The notes beneath the pieces were generated by a model. It saw nothing but the letters and a program-made list of their open reading frames with translations, made no database searches and was not told the DNA's origin. The position numbers and the translations under genes were made by a program. Shown here one piece after another: positions 26,921-39,523 of a stretch of 64,000 nucleotides of DNA (position 1 is the stretch's first letter; every line of letters starts with the position of its first letter). The stretch is from Felis catus (lineage: Eukaryota), in the NCBI RefSeq assembly GCF_018350175.1, contig NC_058369.1:26972001-27036000 (forward strand). The letters are read 5' to 3'.

Positions 26921-27020
26921 CTTTCCTAAGTTTATTCTTTATTATTTAAGTTTTTGACTACTGTAAATGGGGTCATAATTAGGTTTTATGTATCTGAGTC
27001 GCTTACTATCTTGTATACGC

Positions 27021-27249
27021 TAGAGGTTGGCAAACTACAGCTTCCTGGCAAAATATGGCCTACCATGTGTTTTTGTAACACATGTAGGAACACAGTCATG
27101 TCTATTTGTTTATATATTTGTTTATATATATGGCTGCTTTTGCACTCCAGTGGCAAAGTTGAGTGTAGTTAAAATAGAGACTTATGTGGCCCACAAAACC
27201 TAAAGTATTTACTGTCTGGACCATTGTGGAAAAAATTTGCTAACTCCTG
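27021..27249 (+). mobile_element. MER58A-like hAT/Charlie MITE
   Basis: Degenerate TIRs TAGAGGTTGGCAAACT / ATTTGCTAACTCCTG; internal GGCCCACAAAACCTAAAGTATTTACTGTCTGG. Confidence 0.85.
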
Positions 27250-27723
27250 TTATAAGCTTCTTCTTTGAGGGTTTATTCAATTCTTTAACTGTACAACTTA
27301 GTAAGTTGCATATAGTCAGTGCTGTGAATAGTACATGGTATGTTTGACTAAGGAAAACCTAAAGCTGTTATTAACCATTTGATAGAAATATGGCTTCCTC
27401 CAAATGAGAATGGTATAAATTTTACAAATATTCATTGGCTATCTACTATATGTTTGGCACTATTTTACATTCTGTGGATATAGCAATTAACAAAATACAT
27501 AAAAAATCCTATCTTTAAAAAAAAACACTGGACATAACTAGGCAATTCCGGTTTTATTTGGCAACAAGAATTACTGTTCAACCTAGTACTGTTGTCTAAA
27601 TAATAATTGTTAATATGTAATTACCTTCTATATCATTTGTTGATTGGCTGTCATTATAATCATTTTGTAAAATATTCTGACATTTTAAACACTTATGCAT
27701 GACACCATTAATCTTTGATATGT

Positions 27724-28010
27724 GCAGTGTCCAGTAAGTTAGCCACTAGTCATATTTAGCTTTTGAGCACTTGAAGCATGGTTAGATTGAATTAAGATGT
27801 TGTAAAATACACAGTGAATTTTAAAGATTTATTACAAAAAAGAATATATCTTTAATAATTTTATATTATATGTTGAAAAATATTTTGGATCTATTGAGTT
27901 AAGTGAAAGGTATTAATAAAATTAATTTCAATTCTTTGTTTATATTTATGTAGCTATAAGAAAATTTAAAATTGCATGTATAGCTTACATTATATTTCTA
28001 TTGGACAGTC
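27724..28010. mobile_element. MER33/MER3-like hAT relic
   Basis: GTGTCCAGTA...TAGCCACTAGTCATAT...TTGAGCACTTGAA...ATATTTCTATTGGACAG. Confidence 0.7.
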
Positions 28011-28039
28011 TTCTTCCAGAAACCTCCTTTATGCTTAGC

Positions 28040-28250
28040 TGGTGTTTCTCAAATATGGATTTTTAGTAGATGCGGACACAGGGTTAGGCAAAAGTTTAAA
28101 AGTTTTTCGCTGGGTTCACAGAGTCTTTAATGTGTTAGTTTGCAATGTTAATTTCCATGGGGATAGGCATTGTTTATAGCATTCCCTAAATACATTTTAA
28201 TCAGAGCTTTCTTGAAATGCCCTTTGCTAGTCTCTGACCAAACTGGCAGC
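28040..28250. mobile_element. MER112-like hAT relic
   Basis: GTGTTTCTCAAA...CAGAGTCTTTAATGTGTTAGTTTGCAATGTTAATTTCCATGGGG. Confidence 0.55.
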
Positions 28251-29352
28251 ACTGTGCTGCACATCTGCTCATCTTGGAATCTGGTACAAAGGTACTGATA
28301 GGACAAGGCTTTAATTCACAAGGGCAGTCTTCAGTTCATTTTCTAGATTTTCCCTTGCTTTTCTAAGTAAAATCAATACAAATTATTTTAAAATGTAATT
28401 CTATTGTTTGAATAAAATTCACCAAATTTTGAAAAGTTTTGTTGATTAAAAAATATCAAGGTCAACTGGACTTGTAAAAATTATTCATTTTCAAAATGTA
28501 GAACTGTAAATGGGCTTGTCCTTTTGGATGGTGATGTAGAGAAATCCAGTGATGAATGGTATGGAAGTATTAGTTGAAAGTCCTATTTTTGACAGAAGAA
28601 TATACCATTCACTTGACCTACACAGTGGGAAATGATAAATTCCAGAATACGATTGAGGTGGGAGTTACTTCAGTGACAAATGTTACCATTTATTATATTT
28701 GGAAGTCCTCTTTAGAAAGGCATCTAGGAGATAACTAGATGTAAGCCACCATGTCATAAGCCTTGAATGAGCTTTCTATCATTCAACCCGTTTCAGAGTA
28801 TGAGAGTGTCTCCTCTGAAGACATCGATCTCACACTTTCAGATCAACAGAATTTCAGCTCCGCACTTTTAGTAACTCAGAAATGGTTCTCAGGCCTTTCT
28901 CCAAACTTTTCCCCCATCATGAAATCCCGTAAGTTATATGACACAGAGACATACTACATTGTCGATGTTTTGGTAAGGACGACATGGACTTTTTTGTTAA
29001 CATGCTGAATGTGCCTTTTGACTTCTGGCAGAAACTAAATGGAGTAGAAATTGTCCATCTTAATGATACAACAATGGTAGCCATTCCCCACAGAGAGAAA
29101 AGAATCCATTGCTACGTTAACGGTCCCTTTTGGGACTCTCCTTGTGTTGTCTAGCTCTTGTAATTGAAACAAACAAAAAAAAGTGTATTTCTTTCCTTCT
29201 AGGCTTGGTTTTTCTCCTTTGTGGCAGAAAGCTTACCAAATTAGAATAAATGAAGGAAAGTATAAGAAAAGCAAGACTGTGGAGAAGCTGAGTAAGTGAA
29301 CTCTTCTTGCCAAAGACTGTGTCTGGGCAGTGCATTCAAATTGGACATGGCA

Positions 29353-29492
29353 GAGCGGATCTGATTGTTGGTCCTGCTTAATGGTAAATTTCTGCAAAGT
29401 CAATTGACTGAGCATATCAGTGCTCTGAATTGACAGTTAAACCAGACCAAGCCCACTAAATTGGCTATCCTTTGGTTCTCTGTTTTTCAGTC
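29353..29492. repeat. Copy A of a diverged ~140-bp local duplication
   Basis: Collinear with 30708-30842; identical 19-mer CCCACTAAATTGGCTATCC at 29452-29470. Confidence 0.85.
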
Positions 29493-30123
29493 CTACAGAG
29501 TCATAAATCAAATAAACAACCATCCAACTAACAAATAAATCAAAACAAACCAGCAAAGTATAAAATAAATAACATAATTGAAACATGCTTTTTCCATTTG
29601 GTGTTCACACAATAGATCAACATAAAGTTTTTTTTTGTTTTGCCTTTTCTTTATTCTGTTCATGGGCTGGTGATGGTGCTGGTGTGGACTTACAGACACT
29701 GAAAACTTACTTGCAAGGTTGCATTGAAATTTTAATCTAAAATTGAAATGTGTTGGCTTGTTATGAAGACTGCCATTGCATCATATTTATATACATGTGT
29801 GCTTGTGCTTGTGTAAACATGTAACACTTAATGAAAATTACAAAATGCCATCTCACAAACTAACAATTAAATTGTTGATAAATCTGATCCAAGATGACCC
29901 ATTTCATTTTCTTAGAGTAAGCCACTTTTTCAGTGTGTTTAATATAAAATAAGACATTTCACTGTAAAAAATTAGAATTATAAGTAGGCAAATTAGGAAA
30001 AATTAGCTGTAATTTCACCACCCAGAGATAGTCCTACTAAGGTGTTACAGCTTTCTTGACTTTACTCTCACATTAAGACATGAGCAAATACCATACACAG
30101 TAGTCTTCTAAGCTGTCCTTTTT

Positions 30124-30412
30124 GGAGCTCCTGAGTGGCTCAGCTGGTTAAGCATCCGCCTCTTGATTTGGGCTCAGGTCATGATCTCATGGTGATGAGA
30201 TTGAGTCTTCCGTTGGCCTCCATGTCGGGGTGGCTCAGTCAGTTGAGGTTTGACTCTTGATCTGGAGTCAGGTCATAATCCCAGGGTCATGGGATCAAGT
30301 CCTGTGTTGGGCTCCATGCTGAGAGTGAAGCCTGCTTAAGATTCTTTGTCTCTCCCTTCCTGCCCCTTCCCCTGCTTGCATGCTTTCTCTCTCCAGAATA
30401 AATTTTAAAAAA
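30124..30412 (+). mobile_element. Can-SINE with two tandem tRNA-related heads
   Basis: GTGGCTCAG...CTCTTGAT...TCAGGTCAT occurs twice (~30132 and ~30229) before a single CT tract and tail. Confidence 0.9.
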
Positions 30413-30707
30413 GGAACAAGTACATTTAAAATATTTTTGGTTACATGTTCTGAAATAGCCTTTTAGAAATGATATGTGTACCTATGCATAATTATCCAAT
30501 ATGCAGTATAATAGTGAAGGAGGCAGATAATCTCTGACTGTAGGAACCTGACAACCTAGGAAGATGATGCTTAGCTATATTTTGTATAGTTAATTACTGT
30601 GATTTAACAACAGTGTCATCACTTTACTTAAACAATAAAAAACCACATCTAACATTTATTAATTTAAATGTTTTGAAAATAAGCATTTAAAAACAAATAT
30701 TTTATTT

Positions 30708-30842
30708 AAGTGAGCCTGAATTTTGGTTTTACTTAACGGCTAATACCTACAGTTAATTGACTTAGCACAGCAGGGGTCTAAACGGATCATTAAATCCACC
30801 AAACCCACTAAATTGGCTATCCCTTCATTCTGTTTTCCAGTC
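30708..30842. repeat. Copy B of the ~140-bp local duplication
   Basis: Identical 19-mer at 30804-30822 and collinear flanks. Confidence 0.85.
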
Positions 30843-30984
30843 ATATTTCCAGCACAAAAAAGGTAGCAATCAGAAAAATAATTTATAAACTATAAATTAA
30901 TAAAACACTAGTAGCACCTCAGAAGCTCCTCTCAAGCTCTCATTTTCTAATTCCTCTCTCATCATCAATGATGATGACTCTTCA

Positions 30985-32225
30985 CAGACAACAAAAGAAA
31001 AACTAAATAGGACTCTATCAAAATTAAAACTCTTTTGTGCATCAAAGGACACTATTAGAATAAGAAAATGACACATAGACTGGGAGAAAGTATTTGCAAA
31101 TCATACATCTGATAAGGGATTAATACTTAGAATATATGAAGAGCTCCCAAATCCAAAAACAACAATGTAGAGACACAAACAACTTGATTAAAAAATGGAC
31201 AAAGTGCTTGAATAGACATTTCTCTAAAGAAGATATACAAATAGCCAATAAATACATGTATGAAAAGACACTCAACATAACTGGTCATTAGAGAAATGCA
31301 AGTCAAAACCATAATGAGATACCACTTCACACCCATTCGGATAGCTCTTAACAAAACAAAACAGAACAGAACAAAACAAAACAAAACAAAACACAACACT
31401 CAGGAAAATAACAAGTTGGTGAGGATGTGGAGAAAGTGGAATCTTTGTGCATTGCTGATGGCCAGTATGGAAGAGACTATTACATTTCTCCCAAATAATT
31501 AAATATTGAATTACCATATAATCCAGCAATTCTACTTTGGGGTGTACACTAAAATAATTGAAAGCAGGGATTCAAACAGATACTTGTATAACAATGTTTA
31601 TAGCAGCCTTATTCACAATAGCCAAAAGGTAAAAACAACTCAAACACCCCCTGGCAGATGAATAGATAAAAAAATGTGGTACATATTTATTATTCAGCCC
31701 TAAAAGTGAAGGAAATTCTGATATATGCTATAACATGGATTAATTTTGAAGACATTATCTTGGTGAAATAAGCCAGATACAGAAGGACACATATTGTGTG
31801 ACACCGTTTCTATGAGGTACCCACAGTAGTCAAATTCATAGAGAGAGAAGGTTGCAGAGGCTGGGGTAAGGGAGAATGAGGAGTTCTTGTTTAATGGGTA
31901 CAGAGTTTCAGTTTGGGATGATGAGAAGAGTTCCAGAGATGGATAGTGGTATTGGCTGCATAATAATATAAATTTACTTGATGTCACTAAACAGTACACT
32001 TCAAAATGGTACATTTTAAGTGCACCTGGGTGGCTCAGTTGGTTGAGTGTCTGACTCTTGGTTTCAGCTCAGGTCATGATCCCAGGGTCGTGGGCTCTGT
32101 GCTAAGCTTGGAGGCTGCTCAGTTTCTCTGTCTCTCCCTCTGCCCTTATCCCCCCGCTTGTGCTCTCTCTTTCTCTAAATTAACAACAAAAAGGTACATT
32201 TTATATTACATATGTTTTACTATAT
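30985..32225 (+). mobile_element. L1MB-like ORF2 end and 3' UTR with (CAAAA)n and a nested SINE
   Basis: MQVKTIMRYHFTPIR motif; 3' UTR TTTAATGGGTACAGAGTTTCAGTTTGGGATGATGA. Confidence 0.9.
32019..32187 (+). mobile_element. Can-SINE nested in L1 3' end
   Basis: TSD AAAAWGGTACATTTTA on both sides. Confidence 0.92.
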
Positions 32226-33269
32226 GCACAGAGTTGATGACTCTCCTTTATTAGTTCTGTATGTTTTTGCACTTTAAGTTGAATTATGCAGTGTACGTTT
32301 TTGTGTGTGTGTGTCTGAGTTTTTTACCTCAACATTACTCTTCACATTCATGTTGCAGGTGATAGTCCCCTGTTTATTTTAATAGCTTTAAAGTATTTGT
32401 TAATAGGAATAAACCACATTCTCCTGTTGATGGGTACTGATTCTAGTTTTTGCTTCTTTTTTCGTTTGTATGTTCTTTGCTATTTTGCCTAAGACTGTTA
32501 TTCTTTAACATGTCTGTCTGTGACACATAAATATATCTCTACTGAGTGTATACTTAGGAGAAGGATTGCTGGGTCATCAGGTATGCATTCCACAGTCTCA
32601 TGGAGTTCCAGTTGGTTCCATATTCTCATCAACACTTGGTATTCTAGTTTGCTTAGCTATTGCAGTGGGTTTGTGGTGCTGTCTCATTGTGACTTTAATT
32701 TACATTTTCCTGAAGACTAATGATGTTTACTATGGTTTAATAAGTCCTTTGGCAATTTGGATATCCTGTTTTATGAAGTAACTCTTATCAGTTTTTCTAT
32801 TCGGTTGTCTTTTTGTTTGTCTTATTGATTTATAGGAATTCTTTATTCTAGAGCCTTTGTGGGATACATGTATTCCAAAAAAAAATGTCCACTGTCTTGC
32901 TTTTTAAAACTGTCTTAACGGGACCTCTTGATAAGCAGAAATCTTCAATTTTAATATAGGAAAATTCAACATTCTGTGCTTCTATGGCTAGTGGTTTTGT
33001 GTTCTGTTTCAGAAATCTTTTGCATAACCCAAACTTCTAAAGATACTATCCTATGTTATCTTCTAGTACATTTATGCTTTCTTTTTTTTTTTTTGCGTTT
33101 AGATCTATAAGTTACTTGGAATTGATTTTTGTGTATGGCATGGATTTGGTGGTGGGTGGGGGGTAAGTTGATAACTCATTTTTTCCATATGGATAATTGA
33201 CACAGCATCATGTATTTAAAGGACCAATTTTACCCACTACCGTTCAATGTCACCTTTGTCATAGCCAAG

Positions 33270-33905
33270 AGAAATGAAAGCAAGCATAAGTCTATCCAAA
33301 GACCTGCATACTAACATCCACAGCAGTGTTGTTTATAATAGTGAAAAACTAAAAACAACCCAGGGGCACCTGGCTGGCTCAGTTGGTAGAGCATGTGACT
33401 CTTGATCTCAGGGTTGTGAGTTCAAGCCTCATGTTCAGTGTGGAAATTACTTAAAAATAAAATCTTTAAAATAAAATAAAATAACCCACATGGTTACCCA
33501 CAGATCGGTGTATAAACAAAATGTGATACATCCATACAATAGGAAACTTATCAGCAATACAAAAGTAATGAACTGCTGATACCCTCAGTAATATGGATTG
33601 AAATAAAAAAATAATTATACTGAGTGAAAAAATTCAGATAAAATAGTATAACTCATATGATTCCATTTCTATAAAATTCTAGAAAATACAAACTAATCTA
33701 TAATGATAAAAAGGAGATCAGTAGTTTTCTGGGGGAATAGAGGATAAGGAGTAGCAAGAGAGTAGGATTATGAAGGGGCATGAGAAAACTTTTGGGGGCA
33801 TTGAATATTTTATATTGATTGTGGTGATAATGTTACAGGTGTGTAACATGTTGAATCTCATTAGGGTTAAACATTTTAAATATGAATGGTTTTTATACAT
33901 ATAAA
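33270..33905 (+). mobile_element. Old L1M 3' end
   Basis: AAACAAAATGTGATACATCCATACAAT...ATGATTCCATTTCTATAAAATTCTAGAAAATACAAACTAATCTATA. Confidence 0.8.
33363..33482 (+). mobile_element. Short Can-SINE lacking the CT tract
   Basis: GGGGCACCTGGCTGGCTCAGTTGGTAGAGCATGTGACTCTTGATCTCAGGGTTGTGAGTTCAAGCC followed directly by an A-rich tail. Confidence 0.9.
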
Positions 33906-33939
33906 GCTGTCAAAGATCAACCAGAAAGAGAAAATTTCC

Positions 33940-35259
33940 ATTGTGATTTCTTCTCTGTTTCATGGATTATCCAGAACATTGATAATCTTCTAAACATTTC
34001 TGGATTTTTTAGTTATTTTTTGTTGTTCTTATTGCCATTGACTTGTAGCTTAATTTTATTATGGCTACTACCTGCTTTTAACACATTAATCATTGAAAAA
34101 CTTGCTTTATGGACCAGAATGTGGTCAGTATTGGTAAACATTCCATATGTACTTGGAAAGAATGTGTATTTGCCGTTGTTAGTTGTAGTTTTCTATAAAC
34201 ATCAATTAGATGAATTTTGTAATATAGGTAATTCAAATAATTTCATTATTTTATCATCTTTTGTCTGCTTGTTCTATCAATTACATAGGCAGATATTTTG
34301 ATCTGCAGTATCATATGGATTTTTCTAGATTTCCTTTTAGTTCCATCAACTGTTCCTACATTTGCAGATGTAAAGCAATGATGTTAGGTGCATATTTATT
34401 TTAAATCGCTATATTTTCCTGGTATATTGACCCTTTTGTCATTATGAAGTTTCCTTCTCATTTCTAGTAATGCTATTTCCCTTAAATTTGATTTTGTCTG
34501 TTATTAGTAAAGCTAAGCCAGTTTGTTTTGATTCGTGTTTGCTTTGTGTGGTGTATTCTTTTCTGTCTTTGTACTTTGAGACTTTCTAGGTCTTTATACT
34601 TTAGATGTGTTTCATGTAAGCAAAGACAAAGACTCTCTTTTATTTGGATTACATTGCTGTTTACCATAAGGGAATTACTGGTATATTTTAATTTAAATCA
34701 ACCATCTCACTTTTCTTTCTCTTTGTCCCACTTATCTTCTCTTTTTCTTTCCTTTCTCCTTTTGTATTGTTTCTTTTAGCCCCTTTATTTCTCCACCATT
34801 AGATCTCTCTTGCTAGTCTTGTAGTAGTTACCCTAGAAATTGCCACATGTATCTTTAAATCATTAAATAACATCATTTAGTATATTTCCACCTCCTGGAC
34901 AATGTAGTAACTTTAGAACATGTTAATTCCACTTCCTCCCTCAGCCTTTTATGGTATTATTGCTAATGTATTTGTTTCTTGCATTTATATTAGATATTTA
35001 TGTAGATATCTTAAGCCTTATAGGTATTTTTGTTATTACTTTATACAGCTATGCATTTAAATACATCTTCATACTACTCCTTTCCATTGCTTTTTATCTC
35101 TTTCTTTATCTTCCTCTAAATGTGATCATTTTCCTTCTACTGAAGAGCACTCTTTGGCGCAAATCTGCTGCTTATAAATTCTCTGAGTTTTCAGACTTTA
35201 ACTTCATTTTTTAAATGTTATTTATTTTTGAGAGAGAGAGAGAGCAAGCAGTGGAAGGG

Positions 35260-35301
<42 letters not shown>

Positions 35302-36750
35302 CCTAAGTAGGCTCCATGCTGTTAGCATGGAGCCCGATGTTGGGCTTGAATTCATGAACTGTGAGATCATGACCTGAGGCGAAATCAAGAGTTGGAGGCT
35401 TAACTGACAGAGCCACCTAGGAACCCCTTAGCTTCATTTTTGAAAGTCAATTTGGCTGGGATTAGAATTATAAGTTTGGTAATTTTTTCTCTTTTCCCCC
35501 CTCTGGCACTTTGAAGATATAATCCCACTGTCTTTGGTTTCTATTGTTAATAAGCTCTTAGTCTTACTGTAGATCCTCCAGAAATAATGTGACATTCTTT
35601 CTAGTTGTTAAACTTTTCTCTTCGTCTTTGTTTTTTAGCAATTTTATCATGTTGTGCCCAGGTATGATTTTTCTTTGTATTTATTTTATTTGGGATTTGT
35701 AGTAGCACTTTTCAGATTTTGCTTTTGCTCCCATTCTGTCTCTCTTCTTTGGGGACTCCAATTATACATATTAGATCTTTTGCCCATATTCCACATGTCT
35801 CTTACACTCTTTTTAATATATTCTCCTCTCTCTGTCTCCTTTGGTTGGATATTTTCTTCTGATTTATCTTCCAGTCTATTGATTCTCTGTTTAGCTGGAT
35901 TTATTCTGCTTTTTAACTTATTTATTGAATCCTTTATTTCATTTATTGGATTTTTTTAGTTCTACAATTTCATTTGACTTTTTCTTTATAATTTTCAGGT
36001 CTTTGCTTGAAATTCATTTTATCATGTACTTTTAAAAACATAACACTTAGTTATGCTTTAAAGTCCCTATATGATAATTCTAATATCTGTAAGAAGATAC
36101 CCACAGAGAGTGGGTCTATTTCTATTGTCTTTTCTTATTTTTATTTTTAGCTATTTTTTTTTGTCATGCCATGCATGTGGGTCATTGTTTATAAAAATTA
36201 TAGAGACAGTTTGAGTTTCTGGATCATATCTTACTTCAGGCAGGATTCACATTTGTTTTTGGCAGCGGATAGCCTAGCCTGCATATCAGTTTGATCCATT
36301 CGTGGGTAGAGCAGATACAAAGCTGGGCATCAGTTCTTTGAGGGTTATTTTATTTAGAGTTTATACCCTTAAGTTATAGCACTTCAAGAGTACCAACTCG
36401 AAGCCCAAAGTGTTTACTTAGGCCCTTCCTACTGGGTGAACTCAGAACCGCAAATTTTGTGAGACTACAGTAAACTCTGTTCAGTTCTATAGCCTTTCAG
36501 ACACTATTTTCTGTTCAGTTTTTCTTACTTTTCAGCTGCTTCTTGAGAATTCACAAATAGTTCAAAAGCGGTGCCAAATGCCAGTTCACTTCTCTGGGTT
36601 TCTTTTCTTTTTAAGATCTTGGTCCTTCAAATCCTCACTGTCTTTGTAGCTCTCTGACTGCCTTCCAATTGATGTTTGTTTTAATTTTTTCCAGCTTTTA
36701 TAGCAATTGAGAGTAGTAAGGTTCATTTCAAATAAAATGGTCTGCCATTT
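33940..36750 (-). mobile_element. Very old L1M internal region
   Basis: TTCCATATGTACTTGGAAAGAATGTGTATT and other T-rich antisense L1 motifs. Confidence 0.7.
35208..35428 (-). mobile_element. Can-SINE
   Basis: Antisense head; TTARCTTCATTTTT on both sides. Confidence 0.93.
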
Positions 36751-37139
36751 TAAGGAAGGGAAAAAATCAGTATGATTTGGATTTATATGTTGTTATCATT
36801 TCTGTTATTTTCTCATATTTTTATCTCTCTGATAGTAAAGAAAACTGAAGCATATACAGATTTTGCTTCAGGCAAAATTCATAGTTAATGACTCAGCTAA
36901 GAATTCCTTTTACATCTCTGAGCATCTAAGAATTTTCTCACTATTCATACTAGATCTAGTGCTTTTACCTAGGATAGATAATAGAAATACTGGAAATGAC
37001 AATTTTCTGATATTGCATATTCTGCTTAGAAAAATGATTATTTTCCATTTATAGATATTTAAATCCTGTTTGTGATTAGTTGTGTCCTAACTTTTGTTTG
37101 GGCTTAAACATGTGGATTCCAATAATCCACATGTATTGG

Positions 37140-37530
37140 GTACTTAGACATAATGCCAAGGCTTTTATGTGCATCGGCTCATTCAGTCCTCACAGCAAAC
37201 CTCTGAGGTAAGACGTATTTTCATCTTAATCTTGAGACAAGATAGCTGCATTTCAGAAGGTTTCATTAACTTGCTCAAGGCACACTATTAGTAGGTGATG
37301 GAGCAAGTGCTTGAACCTGTGTGATGTAGTGGAATGAACAGTGGTGTTTGAAATGAGACAGACCAGGCTTGATACTCTAGAATTATCACTGGGTGGCTGT
37401 GGGCAAGGTCTGAGTCATAGAATCCTCATGTGGTAATGATATGACTTGTTTAACAATGTGGTGTCCAGAAAGTCAAATAAGTTATATGAGTGTACCTGGT
37501 ATACACGAGGCACTATCTGAATGCTAGAGC
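37140..37530. mobile_element. Two adjacent MIR fragments in opposite orientation
   Basis: TCATTCAGTCCTCACAGCAAACCTCTGAGGTA...AACTTGCTCAAGG (antisense) then GTAGTGGAATGAACA...AGACAGACCAGGC (sense). Confidence 0.65.
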
Positions 37531-39373
37531 CCTTCCTTCCTTCTTGTGTAAACATAAATATTTGAAAAAAACCTTAAAGTTTACAAAAGACTTTCAAGAA
37601 CAGGGTATTTATCCCATTCATCAATTCTGAGTGATAATCTGGATAGGTAGAGATGTGGAAATGACGTATCAGAGATGTAAAGTGACTTGCCTCCAATTAC
37701 TCATTTTACATGTAGAAGAATTAAGCTCTGTTGATTGCAGCACACCTAGATTAACACCATAAATATGTCCTGAAAAGGGAATTTTATGTAAATTACTTAA
37801 TATTTCAATTGTACAAGAGGAATCTGCTATTTAAAGGATCCCTGCAGTGAATGCTTTTGTGAAGTCAGGAATAATTCTGGAAATGAAAATTATATTCCAC
37901 TAATTTATCTGTTTTACAAATTTAGCTTTTAATGTTTCTTAAAGTTGGTGGTGTCTGATATTGACTTTTCCATCCTCAAAATGTCTTTCTGTTGATAAGA
38001 TATTGTTACTTCATTTCTAGAATCTAATTAAAGTAGATAGTTTTCTAAGGGACAGCAAATGTCAAAATCCACTAGGGTTAATTGCTTGCAGTGTATTTTA
38101 AAAGTAAAGGAACATGCAAAATCAATAAAACCGTGGTAGCAGAATTAAATTATCTTGCAACTGTTTTCTTCAAATGTATGATTCATTTGAACATTTTAAC
38201 ATTTTATTCAAGAAAGGCATTTAGGTTACAGCTGTGTCTTCAACCGGGTGCTACAATGACTCAGCTGGCCTTGGTGTACAGGTAAGGTGGTCTTCTTTCT
38301 GGCAAGTGCTCTGGATGGTTTGTTTTATAAGAAGAGGCCAAATATACCCTCAAGACATCCAGTTGACTAGGAGATTCATCTTCCAGACTCTTGGCAGAAG
38401 ACATACTTCAAATTCCCCTTTGTTCTGGTCTTACCAAGCTCAGCTACTTAACTATATTTACACTTAAGAATGCCTAAAGGATCTTTGCTCCATCCATTTA
38501 TCAAGATCAAAGGATTCCAGTCTTTCTCCTCAGACATGAGCAGAGGAAAGCATTCATGGTGCAACACACTTGTGTCCTTGAGCAGCTCACCGTGTGGTAT
38601 ATGACCCAGGTCTGAGGTATCAGTCTTGAAGTGCTGCTGAAACTCCTCTCCTTTCTCTGCCACTTACCTGCAGCCTTCTAGTGTGTGGAAGACACCAGCA
38701 TTAAAATCATTGCTCCTAAACTGTTGTTGAAAATGTGGTATAACGGGCATTAGGAGAATCTGTGGGAGATTCTTACATCTCTGAGCAAGTATGGTATGCT
38801 TTTCTTAAGGTACAGAGTTATTTTTAGAATTCTGTGATGATTGTTAGAAATCATATTTCTTCTTTGCTTTGACTGCTAAGTAGCTCAGAACCAAATTTCT
38901 AGTACCTATCCAGAAAATAAATGTATTACAGGATTTATCTTGTTTTCCTGCTGTTGTTTTTATTTACTTTTCCTTCCTTCCATTCTCCCTTCCTTCTTAC
39001 CCTAGCCCCTTCCTCCCCAACACCCACTTCCTCCCTTCCTTCCTTTTTCCCTCCCTCCCTCTCCATCTCTCTCTTTTCTTATGTCTTTTGTATTGTTGCA
39101 TATATGGATTTATTTTAGCTATCTATAAACATTTTTAGAATGATGTTGGGGTATAAAAATAAGTAGCATACTTCTCTGTATATATATATTCTTGAGAGTA
39201 ATTGATTATTAAATCTTCCTGCCTTATTTATAGATTTTATCTTGATATAATATTTCTTAAATCTTCTTCTTGCTTTAATATGAAAAAACTTATGATGTTA
39301 AAATGTAGTTTAGATCTGCGTATTTATTAAGCACCCATGAAAAAAATCTTGGGGAAGACAATTATTCACTTAC

Positions 39374-39381
39374 TTTATTTA

Positions 39382-39432
<51 letters not shown>

Positions 39433-39476
39433 GCGCAAGCTTTATTTAATATATATATACTTTATTAATTTATTTA

Positions 39477-39523
<47 letters not shown>

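Noticed and set aside
29353..29500. H/ACA snoRNA or miRNA reading of the duplicated module
   Set aside because: Copy A has AGACCA and a downstream ACA, but copy B lacks the matching H box and I could not find shared hairpins by eye; left untested rather than called.
33363..33440. tRNA-Lys-like sequence
   Set aside because: SINE-type 5' end, no intact acceptor stem, followed by an A-rich tail: a short SINE.
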